Shown here in pieces: positions 25,765 through 38,500 of a DNA stretch of 64,000 bases; the stretch's first letter is position 1; each line of letters starts with the position of its first letter. Made by a program: the position numbers and the translations under genes. A model generated the notes under the pieces. That model saw only the letters and a program-made list of their open reading frames with translations. It had not been told where the DNA came from and searched no databases. Origin of the DNA: Podarcis filfolensis. Its lineage: Eukaryota. The DNA lies in NCBI GenBank assembly GCA_964270895.1, contig OZ185439.1; one strand, given 5' to 3'.

Positions 25765-25965
25765 GCATTTATAGTTCACCTTTTTCTCTAAGGAGCTCAA
25801 GGTGACTTACATGGTTGTCCTCCTCTTCCTTAAATCCTGTAAGGTGGGTTAGACTGAGAGACAGTGATCAGCACTAGGTCACCCACAGAGCTTCATGGCC
25901 AAGCGGGGATTAGAACTCTGGTCTCCCAGGTCCTAGTCTGACACACTAACCACTAGGCCACACTG
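25765..25965 (-). mobile_element. MIR-like tRNA-derived SINE
   Basis: ggttagactgagagacagtga..ggtcacc..gagcttcatggcc..ggggattagaac; same family as the 9.5-10.26 kb host. Confidence 0.7.
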
Positions 25966-28900
25966 ACTATCTTGGAGTACATGGTGCTCCCCCCTCATTT
26001 AATTGCCACAAGGAAGGACCCTGCGAGGTACAATCCTGATCACATAGCATATTTTCCCCATGGACAGTGCGGGGGTGGGAGAGAAACTGGCAAGGGATGC
26101 AACAGAGAGGCAAGTCCCACTATCTCTCCAGACAATGCTACTTGCATGGAGGAAAAAAATTAAAATGCCTCACTACAGCTTGTATCGTGGCCATAATAGG
26201 TGACTCTGTGAATGGGAGCATCTAATCCTCTAGAAATGTGGGTGCTATTTGGGCGCCTCAGGGGAAGACCATTCAAGTGAGCTCGTCTGAGCAATGCAGA
26301 TTCTGATACCATCCCTAATAAAGAAACCTACTAGCCAAAATTTGAGCTTTCAACATTTTCTGAAGTACATACTCCCATTCCATTTTCCAGTCTGCAGACA
26401 GTGGAAAGCATAACTGTACAAAGAGCTAATAAAGCACATATTAGGCATTTTAAGTACTACTGAACATTATTCGCTATTGTAGCCCAAGAGCCTTGGTACC
26501 TCCAAACAAAAAGCTGCTTTCAAAGATGGCATGCCCACCCCGAGTCCTCAACACAAACGTTCATCATGAAACCACCATGAACCTTTGCAACAAAATGCCC
26601 TCGTGCCCTTTTTCAAAAAGCTAGTTCAAAGAAGCAGAGCAGACTTGTGCTCATCATTTATTGATGTGGTGAAGGTCATTTCTGAGGAAGCTTCTGGTTT
26701 CAGTCAGCTCCCTTCCTTTCTTTCACACACAAATGCAAACTGTTGTTGAGTGTTTAGAAGGACCTTGGTGATATGAAAAGAAGAAGACAGATGGGTACGG
26801 GGGTTAAATTCCTGTTCCAGCTCACAATTCCCTTTCCTTCTTGTATAGATATCAGGGGGTGGAGACGTTCTGTCAAGAACCAGCACAACTGCGTTTCTCC
26901 CTTCCCTCAGTTGCCTTGATGCTGGGCCACTGTTCCTCTCCACATGAGTTGCATCAGGAGAGGAGAGCCTCCAGATGTTGTTGGATTGCAACTCTCATCA
27001 AACTATTGGCCATGATGGTTGGGGTTGATGGGAGTTGTAGTTTAGCAACAGCTAGAAGACTAAAGTTTCCCTACTCCTGAGCTACACTGTTCTACATCCA
27101 TTCAGTTCAAGGGAGGTCCTCCATCATCTCAATTGGAGGTGTTTCATTAGACCAGGTGTGAGGAACCTTTAGTCCTCCAGATTTTGCTGAACTGCAACTC
27201 ACATCATTCCTGGTCATTGGCCATGCTTGCTGGGGTGATAGGGTTTAAAATTCAGCAACAACTGGAGGTCTAAATGTCCCCCACACTTTGTATGTAAGGT
27301 TGCTTCTGTTTCCACCAACAGTAGGGTATACAGCAGCATATCCCTCAACTGTCCCGATTAAATTTATTGAATCGGGGCATCCCATTTTTGGCATGCTCTC
27401 ATGTGAGAACACGGTGTCCAAATAACGTGTCTTGGGGTGCCATACTCTCACACAGATCACATGACTTGCATGGGAGCATGGCCCCAGAAGACACTGGTCT
27501 TGGTCTTCCACTGGGATTTGTTGGAGAGTATGCAGCAGGGCCTGGAAAAAGTCAGATCACTGAGGCTGCAAGCCTAACTTTCTTTGGAGTAAGCCTTATT
27601 GAACTCATTGAAATGTGTTTTTGAGTAGATGTGTATAAGACTGCACTGCTAATGCTTCAGTGTGAACTGGGGACGAGCCCACCAAAATAACATCATTCTC
27701 TTACTTTTGGCAGGTTAAAGGGTAAGTAGGTTTTCAGGATGTGAAAATGGAAGGTTCAAGTTGAGCCACAAGTCATTTTTGACCACCATGGCATTTTGGA
27801 CTGTAGTCTACAGCCCCATCCTTCAGGGAAAGGTCTTTAAGGCTTAAAGGGAAGCATCAATATTTTACTTCCAGTAACGTAACAGCAACTGAAAACATAA
27901 TGAGAAAAAGCCAATAACCACTGCAATTTGTGCTTCATAAATTGTTTAGCGCTGCTACATTTTACGGGATTCAAATTTTAGGAACAGCTAGTGAAGCTTT
28001 ACATATAGTGCCCTGGGCATTCTTCTAAATGTTTGCAAAGAAAGGCTTCTGCACTTCTTACCATTCTAAGTTATGAATAGGCTTCTTCAAGTAATTGGAA
28101 AATAATAGTGAAAATGAAGCCATAGTAATTGACATTTCTGCTCCTTTTGTCTTATTAAGAGAAAACTAATTTTGTTCCATGGAAAACCCATTGATAAACA
28201 CCAAGTATTTTCAATTCAAATGTTGGGATGGGTTAATTTTTTTAGATAATGGTGAACAATTTTAATACCCACTCCTGAGACTGATTACCGGTGGGTAGCA
28301 ATGCATCTTTATATAAGCTTGAGGCATTGTATTAAAAAAATGCCTATCTAGATTGAACAACTACTCAATTTTTAATATTTATTTAATTTATGATATATCA
28401 TTCGTAATTATTTCTCTACTTATAGCTTACATAGTGTACTGAGCTACTCAAAACCAACACATTGACATTAATGGACCTATAGTAGTCCTGTTCTTATTTT
28501 GATAGTAGGTCTATCTGAATAGAATTAATATTGGCTACAACCCATACTATCTGTTTCAGTGGAGAGGTTTATTCTGACTCTTACGCTGCATTTCCAAACC
28601 GTTTTATTGGCTGGGGAACAAATATTTTTGTGCATTAGCACAATGATACTTCAGATTGCAGTCCATCTTAATATCAGCTTTATTGGTGGTATGATACATT
28701 CTATTATTTGTGATTACTTTTGAAAGTCAACACTTTAATCTCATTAGCTGTTCATTGATGAGTGGGTTCGGATTGCAAAACTAGCACCTTGTCTGGGGAG
28801 CAAGACGCTGATGAAAAATATTAAAGATTACTGCAAAGAAAATTGGCTGTCTTTTATAGTTAGATTCAGTTCAGTTCCTACTTGAAATGGGATGGAGGAT

Positions 28901-31900
28901 AGAAATTGAGTAGGACAGACACCTTTAAAATCAATGGTTATTTTTACAGATTCTGAAGGAAGGAAAATGGTAAAATATTTAGAAGAGTGTGCTAACTCAC
29001 ATGGAAAAAAACCAACGTAAACCAAATTTGAACAATGTAGCCTTGCTTTAATCATCACAGATTTGTGGCATTTGCCTATTTATTTCAGCTTCCTTTAATG
29101 CTGCATAAAGTTTTGACTATTTCTGAGCTCCCAGTGGATAAAGTTTAGCACAGAGTTAAGGTTACTTTGCTGAAATGCTTACTTCATTGTTTCTTAGTGT
29201 TTTACTTCAAAATCCTATGCATAATTACATGGAAAAAAGCCTCACTAGGATTACTCCCAGGTAAATGATTATAGGATATCAGCTCCCATTGCTCTTATTT
29301 TTGTTCTCTGATTGTACACTGTGGATTTTACATGAATGGGAATGTAGACCTGGCTCGTTGCATAGCAATACAGTTCTAAATGGGAACCACTCTTCAGATA
29401 ATAAGCAGTCTATAAATGGAAATCATAAAAAGTAGAATTAATGAATGAATGGTGGTGCCCTGCTTTTCTAATAGGCACTCTAAGTGGATTGCAACGAATA
29501 GTGCATCATAATTCAAATAGCTTTTCTGAGATAAATTGGGACTCTTCACTATCCTCTGATGATGTTTGATTGATTGTATGTTTTGTGAGTTTAATGGTTC
29601 AGTGGTACTACTGTCATTTTCATTTATTGCCATTTCAGAAGCCAAAAACCAAAAGGCCCCATTTTTTTTGGCTGACTGGCACAATGAGTAGATTAAGGAT
29701 AGTGGCTAAAACTCTAGCAGATGGACTGAGCCTGGCTTCCACAACAGAAAAGGCTGAAATTAGATGCTGCAAAGACCGTATGGATGAAACAGTCAAGCAC
29801 CTCCTCCCCCTCCCTTCCACAATGTGATATGACATCATCTGCATGCAACATGACATCATAACATTGATAGTCTGTCCAGGCCTCCAAACAGCAGCCAATA
29901 AAGTGGAGCAGAGATGGAAAACTAACAACGCAATAATGTAAAGTCAACTGTTATTAAGTGTTGCGGGGAGAGAGAGAAGGAGGTAACAAGATGGCTGCTG
30001 CGTGGGCGCTAGTCACATGATCACTGAACCATTTAATTTCAGCCTGGGGCCAGGTTATGAAGGTCAAAGTTCTCCTGCAAGGATCCCTATGAAACATATG
30101 CAACCAATATCGCTTTTGTACTGACCAGACCAGAAGATGGGCTAGCCTTCTCCCTTTTGCCTCACACAATGATTCTGTTGTTGGAATGCTGGTACCCGCT
30201 GATCAGTGTACCATATCACCTATGTTTATCTTTAGGACTGTGGTGTTCAGTCTTTCAACTGTTTTGTCTCCGACAATAGCCATTTAAATCTGGCTTCTTT
30301 CAAAGTCCCTCACCTGGCACTCTGAAGTGTCTTGAATGTACTTCCAGACACATGGATGCACTGATTTAAATAGTTTGAAATGCCTCCTTTTCAATTTATA
30401 ATATCTACCTGTGTCTTCTTCCTCTTCAGTTTCCAGGGTGAAAGCCTTCTTACCCTCCTCCCTATTGTTTTTCACAAGTACTGATTAGCAGCAAGTTTGT
30501 GCTGAGTATAATAATTGGGGTAGATGAGATGCTGAAGAAGTCAAGAAAATGAACAGAAAAGCCAACGCTCTGATACGCGAATGACAGGGTGAAATTATGT
30601 CTTTATGCTTCTCTTGTGACAGGCAGGCTAAAAGGTGAGCTAATTTTGCAATATTCTGAGACACCTTTATGGTATTTTGCTGTAAAGACAGTTGTTCCTG
30701 TCAGACAAAAAATATGTTGTGAATATTCTGCACCACCACCACCTATCCTTTCAGATGAAAATTGCAGCTGCAACATGTCCGGTGGCAGTTCCCCCCTTTC
30801 TTCCATTTTTCTGTTGCCATAGCAATGCACGAGACACCAAAACTGCATCATCACACTTACTTTCACTGTATTTAATGGAAGTTTTTGCTTTAACTAATCA
30901 TCACTCTAACTAATCATCATTCCTTACATTTTCAATAAAAAATCCCTCACTTTAGCATTTTGTTTTTAACCCCAGGGGTATATTTTCTTAATTTTCTGTG
31001 AATAGAGAATCTAACATAACAGAATGATATATTTTTAACAACAGCAAGAGGCACTTTTGTCAGCTATGAAACCTAAAACAGTATGAAATATAAGAGTTTC
31101 CACTTTCCTCACCAAATAGACCTTAATATTTTTGAGCAAGGGCTCAGAAATGTTTAGTTTCAGTCCTTGATTTTTGTGTCAATGGTATTTTGGAATATGT
31201 GAAGTATATTTGAACGTTGTATTTAAAAAATTCAAAATAGCTTACTAAAACAATCAATACATTTCCATAGCTACGTGGCATCTATCATAGAGGTCCTCAG
31301 ACTTTATCTAGAAACGCCCATCCAAATGGAAGGAGGGTCTGAGTCCCCAAATTCCAAAGTTTCTAAAAGGTCATGCATGGATGTAATAATGAAAACAATT
31401 GTAATAAAAATGAGATTTTGTAAAGAGAGCCTCTTTTTACCACCATGCAACCATAGCCAACTCCCCCGATACCCCTCACTTTTAGAAACTGTATTGAAGC
31501 AATAAGCTACTTCTCTAACCTGCTGCTGTCTTTTGCTATATTGCTTTCCCTGGAATGCTCATGGCATCTTAATGATTAAAAAGAAAAATCTCTGCCTGCC
31601 TCCTGCTGTATCCATTCACTGACATTCAAATGACATGAATCTTTCCTACCAGTGGTTCCACTTACATTTCTCCCTCTTGTAGCAGAAACTTCTTTCATAC
31701 CACTTGCTTTGAGTCACCCTTCAGTGAAAAACGTATTGATAAGAATGTCGGCTGTCTCCTTAGTAGACGCTGCATAGGGGGGTGGTTGTGTTGGAGCGAA
31801 GATGAACTTGGCCTGCGGCGATGGAGGGAAGAGGCAGGGCTGGGATTAGCCAGCAAGGAAGGCCCCCTTTGTCAAAGAACGTTATGAAGAAGAAATAGTA

Positions 31901-33542
31901 GAGATGCCTCTGCCATGGTTATTCCCATAGTTATTCTTTATTTTAGAGCTATTCAATGTCACTTTTAAATTTTCTTTAGGATTTGCGCTGAGGTCAAGAT
32001 GCATGCAAATTTGCCGCATGAATTCCAATTCCCTTTGCAATTTTCAGTGAAACTGGAACTCATAGCATTTCTAATACCTGAAAAATATTTCGGCGATAAC
32101 ATTCAGCTGGGTACACGGAATCACTCTGTGGGGTTGGGGCTGGGCATTCAGCTAGCATTTAAAAACATACTGAGTTAACTTGCACTTTTCAAAACAATGT
32201 GCAAAAGTGAAACATGCAGTCCTTCAAAATGTTCATTTCTCTGAATTTTGCGACGCAGCTCTGCAGCCCAGTAATGTGTACAAAAATGCATGCAGATGAG
32301 ACTGAAATATAGTGGCAAGCAGGCCCATGGGTAACGGATGGAGGTGAAATGAACCACACTTTGTGATCCACCACCTGAGGCACATTCCCCCCAATTATAG
32401 GACCGGCCCTGTCTATATTTTCATGGTGTTTTACTCTTGTCATCACCAGCCATCATTATCTTCAAGCTACCTTTCTGTGCCAAACTGTGTTCATTCCCCA
32501 GAGTGAGGACTAACATACATTTTTTTTTTAGTAAGTGCAAATAGATTTGCTTTTAAATGCAAACTGAATTGAATTCCTCCCCCGTTCTCTATTACTCAGT
32601 GTCTCAATATTTTACCTCGCTGTCCCTGTGTAGATATTATTAGCTTACAATATTTGTCTAAATATTTAGGGAGAAAGGGCATCCAAAAACACCTGAATAT
32701 GACTGGCGTTTAAAATGGCATATAGACAAGAGTAGACCATTAATTAGATCCACAAATGCCAGCTTTCATAAAAGATACCATGTATCACTTTTCTAGGCCT
32801 CCAAATAACAACACGCCAAACAACTATGGAAATATATATTCTTCCGGCAGTTTCCATAGCTTAAAAAAGGTTAAATGTGAAGCTCAGGCCATTATGGAAC
32901 TAACTTCCAGAGATGAAAGCATGAAGCATTGTTCCTAGAAGTCATTATTACCAGGCAGCAGAAAAGAATGTCCATCACATTAAAAACCTGTCACAGTTTT
33001 CTTCATGAGGAGCATTATTGGAAGCTGGTATTCCTCTTCCCCTTATATATATATTTTAAAAAGTCATTTTTCATCATATTTGTTAACAATTTTTAAACTC
33101 TTCCTTCCTTCCATAGTACAGAATCCATCATTAGCAAGATACATATCTTTTATTGAGCGTCTTCTTATTTAGCACTCAACAGAGGTGCCTATTGTTTTAA
33201 CTTTTAAACTCCTCTAAATATAAAGAGCACCCTGCAGTTGAGAAGGTGATGGTAAAAATAAAATAAAAACAAAAGCTTGCAAAATAAAAGACCCTTCTGG
33301 GAGTGTATTAGTGTATTTTTCATCAATGAACTTCAAGAGCAGCTTCCAAATTCAAAGGAAGCATTTAAATACAATCATCGTGTAAATAACAATAACAAAT
33401 AAATGCATATGCATTTCAAATATATAAAATGCAAATGCAAATCCCATGGAACTCATTTTTTTCCTTCTTACCGAAGTACATAGAGAATAGCCATCCACGT
33501 AGCAGAGTGTCTTCACTCTGGGTTCAGGGAATTACTATCCCT

Positions 33543-33556
33543 CCCCCTGGTGGCAG
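33543..33556. promoter_or_regulatory. Candidate CTCF site
   Basis: CCCCCTGGTGGCAG matches CCASYAGRKGGCRS at 12/14 positions. Confidence 0.4.
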
Positions 33557-33659
33557 TCAAAAAGCAGATAACGAAAAAGAGTTCTTACCACATAATTTAT
33601 TCAGTATTCACACAGAGAGACAAAGGAATGCTGTCTCTCTTAGATAATGGCATTGCTCC

Positions 33660-34514
33660 AAGTAAAGTCCCACCCTTTCAGTCCCTCCTAATCTACATTA
33701 CCCCTGCTCCAGCTAGTCAGTGCTTTCTGCCTCTCAGATTTCTGTTCTGCTACTCTCATGGCCCGCCTGGTTTTGGGAGGGGGGATCAGGAATGCTTTCA
33801 AGAGACACTGAATCTGTTATTTGTCTCTCCTCTGGTGCTTCTCCTTCCTGCTGCTGCTGCTCCAATATTTCCCAGCTTTTCGTCTGAACTATGCCCTTCT
33901 GCAAACCACTGTTCTAAATCTATACTGTCCTCCTCTTCTCGGGAAGGTGCATGGGGTGTGTGTGGCGACCACACAGGGTCCCTGGACGTTTCACTGTCTA
34001 TTGATCCCTGTGCCACCACGTTATTTCTCGCTGCCACCACCCAGGCCCTACCTGCTACAATACTGAGTCCAGTCAGGGTTAAATTGGAACATAAACTTTT
34101 GTTTATTTATTGCAGTTTAACAAGCGTATGATTTCATAAACGGTATCGGTCAGTTACAATCATGGGGTGCCTATCCAGACCTATAACTTCTGCTACCTGC
34201 TCTCACTCACTAAACCACCTCTCAGATATTTACTTGTCTTCCTAGTCCCTAGCTATTCCTGACTCAGCTTATTTCACTACACTAACTCAACCTACCCACA
34301 AACTCTATCCCAATTCACTCCCACTCCAACCAACCACCCAACTCCTAATGAACTCTTGCCCTTTGCCCCTCCCAGAGCTGGTTTTATAGTCCCTCTGACT
34401 CCACCCCCCCCGGGTTCTGATTGGGTAACCTGTTTAACTATTTCACCTCCAGCATTCTCACATGTTAATGTCACAGGTGGTAGCTCCCACCATTCCTCAG
34501 TCCAGCCCCTGACA
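33660..34514 (-). mobile_element. Older LTR (Gypsy-like), interrupted by a younger solo LTR
   Basis: Minus strand starts TGTCAGGGGCTGGACTGAGGAATGGTGGGAG at 34514 and continues across the insert into a purine-rich GAG/GAA tract; left boundary approximate. Confidence 0.55.
33959..34475 (-). mobile_element. Solo LTR (517 bp) with 4-bp TSD
   Basis: TG...CA ends; ggtg on both sides (33955-33958 and 34476-34479); on the minus strand CCAAT (34420-34424), CTATAAAA (34382-34389) and AATAAA (about 34102-34111) occur in LTR order. Confidence 0.85.
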
Positions 34515-35289
34515 TTGAGCACTTCTTTTACTGCTGTATATAATTTCCTGGAATATCCAGAAAACCTAGACATAGGTACAACCTCTTTATTTTACTCAGC
34601 TATAAGTATTTTCATGCTTTGGACTGATCACTTTTAAAGGATTCTGATCCAGCTAAAGTTAATCATGGCTGGGTCTCACAGAAAGTAATCAGAGTAAAGT
34701 TAATGGCAGGGTAGTCTTACATTGGATCACAATCACTGATCTGTCTAGTTTAGTATTAGCTACACCAAGCTCTCCAAGGTTTGCAGATAAGACAGTTTTC
34801 CCAGCACCACCAGGAGTGGTCAGAGACTGAACTTGGGATCTTTACATGCAAAGCGTGTGTTCTACCACTGAATTGCATTCACAGTGGACATAAGCTGGAC
34901 TGGGACTTCATGGTTCATATACAGTAATTACAATAGACATCCATTCAGTCTGGTCCTTGCTATTTGAATGGGAGTGCCTGTGGGTTTGAGACTGGGGAGA
35001 TGCAACAGTTACATCAGGGTAGCTTTAGGAAACATGAAATTATTTCAGAGTTGTGGCGCCTTTTCTGGCGTAAATGTTCTAGTTCAGGATACTAGTAGTG
35101 CAGCCAAATAAGAAGAGAATACATTTTCCTTATAATTTCACCGGAGTGAAATTTAACTGCAAGTCCAGTCATTCTGTGAGCAGAGTGGTGTGAGTAGGCA
35201 CAATTTTGTCTGTTGCCTCACCCAGGGAATGCCTTGTGCAATATCTTCATTGTGTCCATTCTGCTGCGCATAAAGTTCCCCATTCACAG

Positions 35290-35470
35290 CAGGAACATAT
35301 GAAGCTGCCTCCTACCAAGTCAGACCATTGTTCCATTTACCTCAGTATTGTCTACACTGACTGGCAGTGGCTCTTCAGGGGCTCAGGCAGGGCATATCTC
35401 ACCATCCCACCTGGAGAAGGCAGGGATTGAACCTGGAACCTTTTGCATGCATTCAGCTATGGCCCTTCCT
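35290..35470 (-). mobile_element. tRNA-derived SINE with CR1-like tail
   Basis: aacatatgaagctgcc..gtcagaccattg (CR1-like tail, reverse complement) plus gggattgaacctgg (B-box, reverse complement). Confidence 0.7.
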
Positions 35471-35477
35471 GCAACAT

Positions 35478-35478
<1 letters not shown>

Positions 35479-35518
<40 letters not shown>
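35479..35518. repeat. (CA)20 microsatellite
   Basis: Read directly from the sequence. Confidence 0.98.
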
Positions 35519-35521
<3 letters not shown>

Positions 35522-38500
35522 CCTCTTATGCTCATACCACACATACACACCATTCCTATATTACTCACATGATGAACAACTTTTTCACACTGGGTAATAG
35601 TTGACAAACACCAGTATAGTGTTGCCTAGTAAAATGAGTTTTCGCTTCCCAAATTTCATAGATTGTAAATATATAAGTGTCATGCAAGATTCCTCCTAAT
35701 GACTAAAAAACAACTTATGTGTATCAAGTATGCAAATTGATACAATATGTTTTCCAATTAGACATGGACCAGTGTTGGTGGTGATATTAACAACCCAGCA
35801 TTGAAACCAATTCAATCACTGACTTCTGCATTTGGGACTGGGTTTATGCCAGGGATCACTGGAGTTGGTCCTGACTTTTTCTTTTTTTCCCCAGTGTCAA
35901 GACTCAATCTCAGAACACAGAAGGTTTGAATGGATGTATTTGTCTATGACCACACACAGAGTGCAACTCCTCTATCACTTAGTAACTACAAAGTTTTCCC
36001 ACTCATCAAATATTAGGGAAGGGCTTTCAGATCACCAAGTGTTTGTTTCTGGATAAATGTGAGTCCTATCATCGCTTTCTCTAGAAATTAAGCACTATCA
36101 ACACTCCCATTAAAATTCTGAATGGACAAAATTCCTGGCACACGCTTCACTGAAGTCACCCCCCCCAACTTCCCTTTTCCCACTGAGATTGGTATATTAA
36201 AATGTGTCTGTCTTCATCAGTCATCACCCCACAGATGATACATCTTTACTCATTTCACATCACTTGTAGTTTATCTGAAAATAAAATTGCTTTGTCAGCT
36301 CTCTGATGATCGTCTCAGAGGTCTTGTCTTCAGAGGCTCTCTTTCTGTGCTTGAATTTCTAAGCACAGTGGGCTGAGCAGTACACATACCCAATAAAATT
36401 GACTTTCTCCCCTGTAATAGAGTAATCACTCCATGATTCTTTTTAGTCACCCTTGATATCAGCTTAGGGAATAGAATGTTTGAGGGTGGATTCATTCAGC
36501 TAAGCCAGGAGCCCAATTTCTCTTTTCCACTTTGCTGTGCCATATCCATAAATGACTCATGCCAACCCTGGACATTATACTTGCCTACTGAAATAAATGA
36601 AATCCTCATTTTAAGCAGAAATGCTTAAAAAGATTTCCATTGAACCTTTCTGGCACAAAAATGAGCTTTTGGGAAACCCAACATGTTTCTTCAAAAGACA
36701 TCTCAAAGCTTATCTTTTTCACACTATTAGGCTGCTGTTTCATTTCCATTTTTTTATTTTATTAAATTACTCTTTTCCTTCTACCTCTAATTTGGGGGTG
36801 TGATGACCTCACTGAGGACAAACTAAGGTGATTCAGAGTGAGGAACATGCCAATCATGAATGCTGCTGTTGCTCTGAATTAGCTCTGTTTGCCCTCAGTA
36901 AGGTCACTACAAAGGAAAATCTGGTTGGTGCTCTGTGACAATGTCACTATTGCTCAGAAGAAGAAGGGCAAATGGGGGACTGTGAAGAGGCTGACAAGAG
37001 GCTAGTACTGCCTGGATGCCAAGTATGGTGGTGTAAAAGGCCTCAATATCTCCTGAGAATTAAACCACCAGTTTTTGCAGGTGGAGAAACTTCAACATTT
37101 CAGATCAGCTTACTTAAAATAAGGTGTAGCATGGACAAGCAATGTTGAATGGACATTGTTCCTAGGACTAGCCTGCCACTAGTCTAGCTGGAGGCTCCCT
37201 CAGTGCAGTCATTTCCTGTTACTGCCCATTGTGGACCTCCTGTTGATTCTTCCAGCTCTCAATACAATAGGAGCCTGGGTTCAGGGTGGCAGCTGTAGGT
37301 CAGCACCAAGATTAGCCCACTTAGTGGCCACAGTAATAGCCCCCTGGCAGTGTTGTTGCTGCTGCTTAGTGGGAAGAGGATGGGCAAGGCAATGGCAAGG
37401 TCTGAATGCTGTGAGAGCACTGGCAGGAGTGCTGGGTTGCTTTTGCCAGTCTGCCAGTCCAGTTGCTTTCTCACATATGGGCCTGATCGCCAGCTGATGC
37501 CACTTTTTCCAGCTTTGAAAAAAGGCTGCTTACCCTCTTGGTGATTCAGCCTAGCTCTGGTGGTAGCAGTCAGGGGTTGGCTCCATGCACCTCCAAATTC
37601 AAAGGGTAATGCATGATTCAGTCAGATGCCACCCCTCCCACCATTTCAGGGACTGAAACTGACCAAGCAAGCAGTTGAATCGCACATCAACACTGACTCA
37701 GGGCAGTATGTATGGTGTACACAGCTGTATCCTCTCTAGGACCTTGCAGCTGCCCCTTGCCCACCCAACCCCCTCTAACTTTTGTTGCCTTCATCAACAA
37801 TGCCACCCTACTTAGGGGTGGGGCCGGCCCTGGGATCAACCCTTAGCATCTATAACTTGATGCCTAGTCGTCAGTGTATCAAGCCATGAATTTCAGGAGA
37901 GAGGGCCCATATATATTTGTTCCCTTAAATTCTGTTCAATATTTCATGGACATCAGCCATTCCTTAAAATCCAATTTGTGCCAAGCTGTGTCCAGCAAAT
38001 GATGTTAAGAATGCAGCACAGTCCTCTCCAGTGGTGAGCAATGAAATATTAAGGCGAGCTCTGCTCCATACTAAAATGTAAAAGTAGGTTCTCGGAAGGG
38101 AGATATCGTCACACCTGTCCAATAATGTCACTTTCCCCCCCACTTTGAATTCCAGGTCAGGTAATGACTGTGCCCAGAACTGCCTGGAGGAAGTTATTAA
38201 CTGCATTGTATAGTGACACTATCTGCAGTGCTGTAATGTTTCAATTAAAAGCTGCATTTAAAATTTTTCATGATCTAATAGGAAAGGAGAAAGAAAAGCA
38301 AATGCAGTGCAAGGCTGCCTTCTGTCACACACAGATTGGAACAACGCTGGGACATCTAATTTGTGCATATCAGTTGATCATACCGGGAAGAGTGGCAGAA
38401 CCCAAAGCAACACAGAGCAAACCAACGAAAGCGATGACAAATGATGCCACTAATATCTGAGAGTTTCCATATCAGTACAAAAACTGCATATCCGCAGATA

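Noticed and set aside
27448-27624. Plus-strand exon-like ORF (SHDLHGSMAPEDTG..FFG|gtaagc)
   Set aside because: The donor is part of the same short repeat (ggagtaagcc..attgaactca); no homology.
33550-34131. 193-aa ORF
   Set aside because: It runs antisense through nested LTRs and across the insertion junction; a composition artefact.
38335-38444. Terminal-exon-like frame WNNAGTSNLCISVDHTGKSGRTQSNTEQTNESDDK-stop
   Set aside because: Modest acceptor, no upstream partner exon or homology; not distinguishable from chance.
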